A DNA stretch of 64,000 nucleotides from Prevotella sp. (lineage in GTDB: Bacteria > Bacteroidota > Bacteroidia > Bacteroidales > Bacteroidaceae): the NCBI GenBank assembly GCA_017415455.1, contig JAFQGS010000118.1:9739-73738 (forward strand), in the 5' to 3' direction. The position numbers and the translations under genes were made by a program. The notes beneath the pieces were generated by a model that had not been told where the DNA came from, made no database searches, and was given only the letters and a program-made list of their open reading frames with translations. Below, one piece after another: positions 27,522-34,948 of the stretch. Within the stretch, counting starts at the first letter, position 1, and every line of letters starts with the position of its first letter.

Positions 27522-28529
27522 ATGGAGAATCCATATATAAAACAATACCCGGACATCATGCAGGGGAAGAAGATTCTTTATGTGCATGGTTTCTGTTCGT
27601 CGGGACAGTCGGGAACAGTGACACGACTGAGGGATATCTTTCCTAACACAACTATCGTCGCCCCCGACCTCCCTATACGCCCCACTGAGGCGGTGGAGCT
27701 GCTCAGACAGACGTGCGAGGAGGAGAAACCAGATCTTATTATAGGCACGTCCATGGGCGGAATGTACGCCGAGATGCTTCACGGACATCACCGCATATTG
27801 GTGAATCCGGCATTTGAGATGGGCAAGACGATGGGTAAGAACGGGCACATCGGCAAGAACACGTTCTTCAGTCCACGCCAGGACGGGGTGCAGGAGTTCA
27901 TCATCACCAAGTCGATGGTGAAAGAATACGAGGAGATAACACAGCAGTGCTTCTCCAATGTGACAGAGAACGAGCGGAAGGAACTGGTGTTCGGACTCTT
28001 CGGTGATGCCGACCCGGTGGTGCATACATACGACTTGTTCCACAATCACTATCCCAACGCCATACGTTTCCACGGCGAGCACAGGATGAACGACGACATT
28101 GTGCGCCACGCACTGGTGCCGGTGATACGATGGATTGACGACAAGCAGGAGGGGAAAGAGCGCCCCACGGTGCTCATCTCAATAGATGCCCTGCGCAATA
28201 AGCATAACGACCAGCATCCGGGAGCCGTCAAGGCGTTCCGCGAACTGGCAGAGAGCTACAACGTGTTCATCATCGCCGACTCTCCGACTGCATATCCGGC
28301 ATACATCGGTGAGGTGCAGGAATGGGCGCAGGAGTTCATCAACGTGTATGCGCATAACCATATAATATTCTGCAACAGGAAAAACCTTATGCTCGGAGAC
28401 TATCTCATAGACCCGTCGGAAGACAACGGAGCGGATGAGTTTATGGGCACACTCATAGAGTTTGGAAGCGACAAGTTCAAGACGTGGGAGGAGACAATGG
28501 AATTCTTCGGACGGCTTGGCGGCCAATGA
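27522..28529 (+). CDS. fusion protein: YqiA/YcfP-like alpha/beta hydrolase plus NT5C-like (HAD-type 5'(3')-deoxyribonucleotidase-like) C-terminal domain
   Basis: N-terminal ILYVHGFCSSGQS and GTSMGG nucleophile elbow. The C-terminal half resembles NT5C (GAVKAFRELAESYNVFIIADSP, GDYLIDPSEDN), but HAD motif I reads ISIDAL rather than DxDGV. Confidence 0.65.
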   Translation: MENPYIKQYPDIMQGKKILYVHGFCSSGQSGTVTRLRDIFPNTTIVAPDLPIRPTEAVELLRQTCEEEKPDLIIGTSMGGMYAEMLHGHHRILVNPAFEMGKTMGKNGHIGKNTFFSPRQDGVQEFIITKSMVKEYEEITQQCFSNVTENERKELVFGLFGDADPVVHTYDLFHNHYPNAIRFHGEHRMNDDIVRHALVPVIRWIDDKQEGKERPTVLISIDALRNKHNDQHPGAVKAFRELAESYNVFIIADSPTAYPAYIGEVQEWAQEFINVYAHNHIIFCNRKNLMLGDYLIDPSEDNGADEFMGTLIEFGSDKFKTWEETMEFFGRLGGQ

Positions 28530-28643
28530 AAGCACCGCTCTTCAAGAACGGTTGAGCAATTGCCACGCCGGGAATCATAGCACTTCCAGAACCCATTGAT
28601 TTCCAAACAGTTAACAACTGAGGCGAAGATGTTTTCCAAAAGA

Positions 28644-28731
28644 GCATTAAACGCAGCGTATTCGGGCATGAAACACAGTGTATTCAGGCATGAAACACAG
28701 TGTATTCGGGCATTAAACGAGAAACACCTGA
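28644..28731. repeat. 22-bp tandem repeat, 4 units (GCAT[GT]AAAC[AG]CAG[CT]GTATTC[AG]G)
   Basis: GCAT at 28644, 28666, 28688 and 28710. Ends about 65 bp upstream of the helicase-nuclease gene. Confidence 0.88.
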
Positions 28732-28794
28732 GAACCTGCCGCAAGGAGACGGCAGGTTGAAGAACACGAAAGAAGAAAAAACACACTCTACAAC

Positions 28795-31700
28795 ATGACA
28801 ACGGACACTCACCAGGAGCATTCATCACGCAACATAACAGCAGACGAACTGTTTGCCAACGTGCACCGCATAGCCACAGACAAGGAGATGAGCGGAGAGA
28901 CCGCCGCCGGCTTGATGCACGACACATTGATATTGGTCTGCACGCTGGGGACGAAGAACTCAGGGCAGGCTTACGGCAACCTGTTCTCACAGGTGGACTA
29001 TCTGTGCAGGCGCTGCGGTATGAGCAGCCGCGACAAACATGCCATACAGCGCATGAGACGACTGTCCAACGGAAAGGAGGAGATAAACAGCAAGAGTCTG
29101 GCTGACGGCATAAGGGCACTCGGCTTGTTCATAAGCGCGGTGACGGGCAAGGCTATTCCGGGTGAGCTGAGAAAGGTGATGCCAGGCAACTACAGCACAA
29201 CGGAGGAGCGGAAGAGCACGGACAAGAAGTGCATAAGGTGCATCGTGAGCGAGAAAAGAGAAGGAATGCTCGTGGCAGAGACCGAAGACGGATGGGCAAA
29301 AGACGGCATAACAATAGACATAAGCAGCGAGAGCATGGCTTATGTGGATGCCATAACGGATGTGGGAACACAGCTTAATCTCATCAACTGCACCATAGAC
29401 GGCACGCAGGTGACGCCTGAGACCATCGTGGTGGAGCCCGACTTCCTTGTGGATATCAGTTCTGTGGCTGCCTGCTTTACAGAGTTCGGACACCATGAGA
29501 TGGCATATACCATTGCAAGAATGCGCCAGCGGACTGACACTTATGCCATATTGCTTGGAGGTTATGCAGGAGATGCGCTCGATGATGTCATCAACGGCAG
29601 TGACGGGAACAATGCGGCAGAGACCATTAAGCGCTGCTTCGCCCACCGCATGCTGGAGTTCTGCGCTTGTAAAGACTTCGACGCGGTACGCTTCAAGACA
29701 GATGCCGCAAGGCAGACAGCCAACATAAAGATGGCGGTGGACTCACTGGCAGAGGACTATACGATGTCGAACACCATGCTGGAGCCGTCGTTTGTGTGCG
29801 AGAGTCTTGGTCTTCAGGGACGCGTTGACATGATGACCACAGACGGAAGACTGCTTGTTGAGCAGAAGTCGGGACGCAACATGAACATAGAACGACAAAC
29901 GGCGGGAGCACACGGCAGCATGCAACAGGAGGCGCATTATGTACAGTTGTTGCTGTATTATGGTGTCTTGCGCCACAACTTCGGACTGACAGGCGACGAT
30001 ATAGACATACGTCTGCTCTACTCCAAGTATGAGCCAAAGCACGGATTGCTTGTGGTGGCATTCTACAAGAGGCTCTTCCAGGAGGCGATAAAGACAAGAA
30101 ACCTCATCGTTGCACAGGAGATGAGGATGGCAAAGGAGGGTTTCGAGAGCGTGATGGACGACATGACGCCAGAGACTCTGAACACGGTGAAGAGCCAGTC
30201 GGCGTTCTATCAGAAGTACATCTATCCTCAGAACGAGAGAATAACATCACCAATCAGAGCCCTGGAAGGTGTTGAGCAGAGATATTTCTGCCGCATGATG
30301 ACCTTCATTTACGGTGAGCAGAGAATAGGAAAGACCGGTGGAGAGGAAGGGAAAGGTAATTGTGCCGCCGACCTATGGGGAATGCCTTTGCCGCAAAAGC
30401 TGGAAAGCGGAAACATATATACAGGCCTGACGGTGAAGGAAATGACATGTGGCGGCAACGGAAAGAACTACAACCTCGTAACACTTAATGTCAGACAGCA
30501 GGGTGATGACTTTATTCCCAACTTCAGAAAGGGCGACTCCGTGTATGTGTATTCATACAGAGAGGGCGACAATCCGGATGCAAGGAATGCCATGCTATTC
30601 AAAGGACAGATGGCGGAAATAGGCTCAACGGAGATTACCATAGCACTGAACGATGGTCAGAGAAACAAGAATTTTCTTACGTCTGACGACATATATATAA
30701 GGAGAACAAGGACAAGGAAAACTCAAAAGAACACCAACGGCAACGCAAACGACAAGCATGAGGGCGCAGAAGGCAACCGACTTATTGCCGTGGAGCATGC
30801 CACAAGCGACTCGTCTGCCGGCTTAATAAGAAGCATGCACCACTTCATCACGGCACCAACGGAGAGGAAAGAGCTGCTGCTGGGACTGAGAGCGCCACGC
30901 GTTGACAAGCGTATGACGCTCACAAAGAGTTACAACAACTACTACGATGACATTCTGCTGAAAGCCAAACAGGCAAGAGACATGTTCCTGCTGATAGGTC
31001 CTCCGGGCACGGGAAAGACCTCAATGGCTCTCAGATATATGGTGGACGAGGAGATAGCAACGGCAAAAAAGGCTGGGAATGATGCCAGAACATGCAACAT
31101 CCTGATGCTCTCCTACACCAACAGGGCGGTTGACGAGATTTGCGACATGCTTGAGTCGGCAGGTCATGAGTATCTGCGCATAGGCAACGAGCATAGTTGT
31201 GACAAGAGATTCAGGCATCGGCTGGTTGGCAAGATGGCAGAGAAGAGCATGAAGATGAGCTGCATACGTGAGGAGATAGAGAAGACACAGATTATAGTTT
31301 GCACCACATCAACACTCATCTCACGGCCAGGCATACTGGACATGAAGAGGTTCTCTCTCGCCATTGTTGATGAGTCATCGCAGATTATTGAGCCCGCCAT
31401 CATCGGATTGCTGGCCGCACACCGTACAGTCAATGCCGGAGAGGAGCAATGCAGGATAGAAAGATTCATTCTGGTGGGCGACTATAAGCAGCTGCCTGCT
31501 GTGGTAAGGCAGGACAAAAGAGAGTCGGGAGTGGACGACTTAATGCTCAACGAGATTGGACTGACAGACTGCAGGAACTCTCTTTTTGAGCGACTCATAG
31601 ACAATGAACGGCGAAACGGACGCGAGGATTTCATCGGAATACTCAGAAGACAGGGCAGAATGCATCCGGAAATAGCAGAGTTCCCCAACAGAATGTTCTA

Positions 31701-32340
31701 CAACGAGGAGAGACTGCAGCCTGTTCCGCTGCCCCATCAGGAGGAGAACACACTGCAATATGCCCTTGGAGAGACGCCAGACGACATCGACCGGATGCTG
31801 GCTGAGAAGAGAATGGTATTCATTCCATCTGCTTTCTGCAGACGGACGAACGTTTCTGAGAAGACAAACAGTCATGAGGCGAGGATAGTTGCCGACCTGT
31901 TGCGGCGCATTCACGGCTTTTACGGAGACAAATTCAACGCCGACAAGAGCGTGGGTGTTATTGTTCCTTACCGTAATCAGATAGCAACCATACGCAAGGA
32001 GATAGAGAAAACGGGAATAAGCGAGCTGCTTAACGTAAGCATTGACACCGTGGAGAGATATCAGGGGAGCCAGAGGGATGTGATCATCTATTCCTTCACG
32101 GTGCAGAACAGATACCAGCTGGACTTCCTCACAAGCAACTGTTTCGTGGAGAGAGGGCGCGTTATCGACCGCAAACTGAATGTAGCCATAACACGAGCAC
32201 GCAAACAAATGATTGTGACTGGCAACGAAAAGATACTCAGAACGAATGATATTTTCGCACAAATGATTGACTTTATCAATGAGAAAGGTGGCAGAATGGA
32301 AGATTCTGCGTATCTTTGCAATAGTTCAGAAACACCATAA
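28795..32340 (+). CDS. PD-(D/E)XK (Cas4/RecB-like) nuclease fused to Upf1/Dna2-like SF1B helicase
   Basis: Nuclease motifs GRVDMM (D at 29827-29829), VEQK (29857-29868) and QLLLY (QxxxY, 29944-29958). Helicase motifs GPPGTGKTS (~30997), IVDESSQ (31363), LVGDYKQLPAVV, RQGRMHPEI, VERYQGSQRDVIIYS and LNVAITRARKQM. Confidence 0.85.
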   Translation: MTTDTHQEHSSRNITADELFANVHRIATDKEMSGETAAGLMHDTLILVCTLGTKNSGQAYGNLFSQVDYLCRRCGMSSRDKHAIQRMRRLSNGKEEINSKSLADGIRALGLFISAVTGKAIPGELRKVMPGNYSTTEERKSTDKKCIRCIVSEKREGMLVAETEDGWAKDGITIDISSESMAYVDAITDVGTQLNLINCTIDGTQVTPETIVVEPDFLVDISSVAACFTEFGHHEMAYTIARMRQRTDTYAILLGGYAGDALDDVINGSDGNNAAETIKRCFAHRMLEFCACKDFDAVRFKTDAARQTANIKMAVDSLAEDYTMSNTMLEPSFVCESLGLQGRVDMMTTDGRLLVEQKSGRNMNIERQTAGAHGSMQQEAHYVQLLLYYGVLRHNFGLTGDDIDIRLLYSKYEPKHGLLVVAFYKRLFQEAIKTRNLIVAQEMRMAKEGFESVMDDMTPETLNTVKSQSAFYQKYIYPQNERITSPIRALEGVEQRYFCRMMTFIYGEQRIGKTGGEEGKGNCAADLWGMPLPQKLESGNIYTGLTVKEMTCGGNGKNYNLVTLNVRQQGDDFIPNFRKGDSVYVYSYREGDNPDARNAMLFKGQMAEIGSTEITIALNDGQRNKNFLTSDDIYIRRTRTRKTQKNTNGNANDKHEGAEGNRLIAVEHATSDSSAGLIRSMHHFITAPTERKELLLGLRAPRVDKRMTLTKSYNNYYDDILLKAKQARDMFLLIGPPGTGKTSMALRYMVDEEIATAKKAGNDARTCNILMLSYTNRAVDEICDMLESAGHEYLRIGNEHSCDKRFRHRLVGKMAEKSMKMSCIREEIEKTQIIVCTTSTLISRPGILDMKRFSLAIVDESSQIIEPAIIGLLAAHRTVNAGEEQCRIERFILVGDYKQLPAVVRQDKRESGVDDLMLNEIGLTDCRNSLFERLIDNERRNGREDFIGILRRQGRMHPEIAEFPNRMFYNEERLQPVPLPHQEENTLQYALGETPDDIDRMLAEKRMVFIPSAFCRRTNVSEKTNSHEARIVADLLRRIHGFYGDKFNADKSVGVIVPYRNQIATIRKEIEKTGISELLNVSIDTVERYQGSQRDVIIYSFTVQNRYQLDFLTSNCFVERGRVIDRKLNVAITRARKQMIVTGNEKILRTNDIFAQMIDFINEKGGRMEDSAYLCNSSETP

Positions 32341-32417
32341 CCGGTTGCTAACAGCAGCCATATATAGTGCGAAAACAAAGCATATAACATTTGAAAAACA
32401 TTAAAACAGCAAACAAC

Positions 32418-33836
32418 ATGAGAAGGTTTTCAGTTATTCTGACGGTGTTACTTACCATGTTTGTAACACAAGTAGCTGCCCAGCAGGCCAAGTACATATT
32501 CTACTTCATAGGCGACGGCATGGGAGTTAACCAGGTAAACGGCACAGAAGCGATGGGCGCCGAGCTGCAAGGACGCATCGGAACAGAGCCGCTTCTTTTC
32601 ACACAGTTCCCCTATTGCGGACTTGTAACAACCTATTCTGCCACAAACGGCGTAACAGACTCGGCTGCCGGCGGTACGGCATTGGCAACAGGTTACAAGA
32701 CAAAGAACGGCACACTGGGCATGCTTAAAGACCAGAAGACGGTGATATACAGCATAGCAGTGAAGGCAAAAGAGGCAGGAATGAGGGTCGGCATAGGCAC
32801 AAGCGTGAGCGTGGACCACGCCACACCGGCATCGTTCTATGCTCATACACCAAGCAGAAGCAACTACTACGATATCGGCAAGGACCTTATAAAAGCTGGA
32901 TTCGACTTCTATGCCGGCTCGGATTTCCAAAAACCCGTAAGCAAGAAAGCGGCTGCCGAGGGCTCACTTTACGAACAATGCGAGGCTGCCGGATATACCA
33001 TAGCACGCGGATATGCCGACTATCAGAAGAAAAACGACAAGGCGCAGAGGCTCATCCTGCTGCAGACAGAGGAGGCAAGCAAGCGCGACCGCTACTCAAT
33101 ACCTTATGCTATAGACCGCGAGAAGGGTGACATGACGCTGCAGGAGATAACAAACGCGGCCATAGACTTCCTCTCAGAAGACTCCGACAAGGGATTCTTC
33201 ATGATGATTGAGGGCGGAAAGATTGACTGGGCCTGCCATGCCAACGACGCAGGTACAGCCTTCAGAGAGGTTGAAGACCTTGACAACGCAGTGAAACTGG
33301 CATACGATTTCTACAAGAAACATCCTCAGGAGACTCTCATCGTGATAACAGCAGACCATGAGACAGGCGGCATCGGACTTGGAACCGGCGAATATGCGCA
33401 GACCCTCAAGGCTCTGGGCGAGCAGAAGATGAGCGTAAACAAACTCAGCAACAAGATGAATGAGTTGCGCAGACAGACAGGAAACAAGGTGACATGGGAA
33501 ATGGCGAAGGGTCTTATCAGCGATTCTTTCGGGCTGTGGAGCCGTGTGTCACTGACCGAGAAACAAGAGGCCAGGCTGAGGGAGACGTTCGACAAGACTT
33601 TCCTTAACCAGCAACCGGCACTTGACGAGAGCGAATACCAGAAGGATGAGCCGCTTGCCACCGTGGCAAAGGAGGTAATCAACGAGATAGCAATGGTTGG
33701 ATGGATGAGCGGAAGCCACTCAAACGGATACGTACCAGTGTTTGCCATCGGTGCGGGAGCAGAGAGATTCTGCCACAAGATGGACAACACAGACATACCT
33801 AAGAAGATATGCGAGGCTGCCGGATGGGGCAAGTAA
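32418..33836 (+). CDS. alkaline phosphatase
   Basis: Signal peptide. FIGDGMG, TDSAAGGTALATG (nucleophile Ser region), ADHETGG and SGSHSNGYVP motifs. Start set at the ATG at 32418; the ORF track begins at a TTG at 32391. Confidence 0.9.
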   Translation: MRRFSVILTVLLTMFVTQVAAQQAKYIFYFIGDGMGVNQVNGTEAMGAELQGRIGTEPLLFTQFPYCGLVTTYSATNGVTDSAAGGTALATGYKTKNGTLGMLKDQKTVIYSIAVKAKEAGMRVGIGTSVSVDHATPASFYAHTPSRSNYYDIGKDLIKAGFDFYAGSDFQKPVSKKAAAEGSLYEQCEAAGYTIARGYADYQKKNDKAQRLILLQTEEASKRDRYSIPYAIDREKGDMTLQEITNAAIDFLSEDSDKGFFMMIEGGKIDWACHANDAGTAFREVEDLDNAVKLAYDFYKKHPQETLIVITADHETGGIGLGTGEYAQTLKALGEQKMSVNKLSNKMNELRRQTGNKVTWEMAKGLISDSFGLWSRVSLTEKQEARLRETFDKTFLNQQPALDESEYQKDEPLATVAKEVINEIAMVGWMSGSHSNGYVPVFAIGAGAERFCHKMDNTDIPKKICEAAGWGK

Positions 33837-33860
33837 GCATCTGAGCACAACAGAAACATA

Positions 33861-33938
33861 ATGTGTACAACCGCAAAGGGATATATAACACATGAGAGAA
33901 CGTTATATAAACAGCCTTGCGGTTGTACACATTTTTTA
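33861..33938 (+). terminator. long-hairpin terminator after alkaline phosphatase gene
   Basis: ATGTGTACAACCGCAAAGG ... CCTTGCGGTTGTACACAT arms, followed by TTTTTT. Confidence 0.55.
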
Positions 33939-34117
33939 ATTCCCTCATGACTCACAGGATAAAAATGCGAGATAAAATAAACGTTTTCCGGGCATAGGTT
34001 AGTCTTTTCACACAACAGGCGTGGAGGTCGCTGTAAAGCGGGCTTGCCCAGCTATTATTACGGCCTTGCGGACATAGCGGCAACGGGTGAAATAAAATGG
34101 GAAAGTTTGGTTATGAG

Positions 34118-34180
34118 CAAAAAAAAAGGGATTCCGCTGAATCCCAATCTGTTAACCTTAAATCTAATACTATGAAAAAC
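34118..34180 (-). ncRNA. candidate small RNA (orphan promoter plus intrinsic terminator)
   Basis: A minus-strand TACCTTTG box lies at 34187-34194. About 45 nt downstream is the hairpin GGGATTC-AGCG-GAATCCC (34128-34145), followed by nine U (34119-34127). No ATG and no ORF in between. Confidence 0.3.
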
Positions 34181-34501
34181 ACGATGCAAAGGTAATGCTT
34201 TTTCTAAAACCTGCAAGCATTAATGCATAAATATTTATTCTTTTGTATATATTATTGATATATATCAATTAGAAAAAGATGTAACATTCTGATTATCACC
34301 CTTTATCAACACGTATCTACACATGTTGCAATGTGTATAAAAATACAGCAAGGACAATGGCTGACTATATAAAACATCATAACAACACCTGTATTCCGAC
34401 AGCCTCCGATGGCGTCTGCCATGGTAATAAATAATGAGATGAAGAGCAGTGGAAGGTATCCATACAATTAAAAAGTATGCCGTTTACGGGTGAGAAACAA
34501 T

Positions 34502-34876
34502 ATACTTTTGATGGCTGAATGGCATACTTTTACCTCATAAGTCATATACTTTTATCAACCCACTCTGCCATCTCATAGTTATGGTCCTGCCATTACATAA
34601 CCATGGCACAATGATTACATTGAGATGGCGGCAGCATTACATAGCCACGGCAGCACGATGGCATTGTAATGGCAGCACGATGGCATAGTAACGGCACTGC
34701 GATAAAATAGCGATGATGGGTACGATTAAATAGCGATGATGCGGCAATGAGACAGCGATGGCACTGCGATAAAATAGCAATGGCAAGGTGATTAAACAGT
34801 TATGGCGAGGTGATTAAACAGCTATGGCGAGGTGATTAAACAGCTATCATGACATCATAGCATAGTGATGACACGG
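34502..34876. repeat. 22-bp-register minisatellite, about 17 units with a gradient of unit types
   Basis: ATACTTTT at 34502/34524/34546; ATTACAT at 34592/34614/34636; ACGATGG at 34655/34677; GCGATAAAATAGC at 34699 and 34766; GTGATTAAACAG at 34788/34810/34832. Confidence 0.88.
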
Positions 34877-34890
34877 GGATATCAGGGCAT

Positions 34891-34932
34891 AAAACAAAAA
34901 ATGCCGGTAAGTTGTTGTATTCTTACCGGCAT
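34891..34932 (-). terminator. intrinsic terminator after dsbD
   Basis: ATGCCGGTAAG/CTTACCGGCAT hairpin. On the minus strand it is followed by TTTTTGTTTT. Confidence 0.65.
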
Positions 34933-34948
34933 TTTGATTAATATGTCT

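Noticed and set aside
28400-29119. 239-aa Cys/Ser/Arg-rich minus-strand ORF spanning the 28.65-kb array and the 5' end of the helicase gene.
   Set aside because: It overlaps two well-supported plus-strand genes and a repeat array. Its composition is typical of an antisense frame.
34502-34876. Possibility that the 22-bp arrays are CRISPR arrays.
   Set aside because: The units abut head-to-tail with no unique spacers. They are degenerate rather than conserved, no cas genes are present, and the unit length is too short for a repeat plus spacer.
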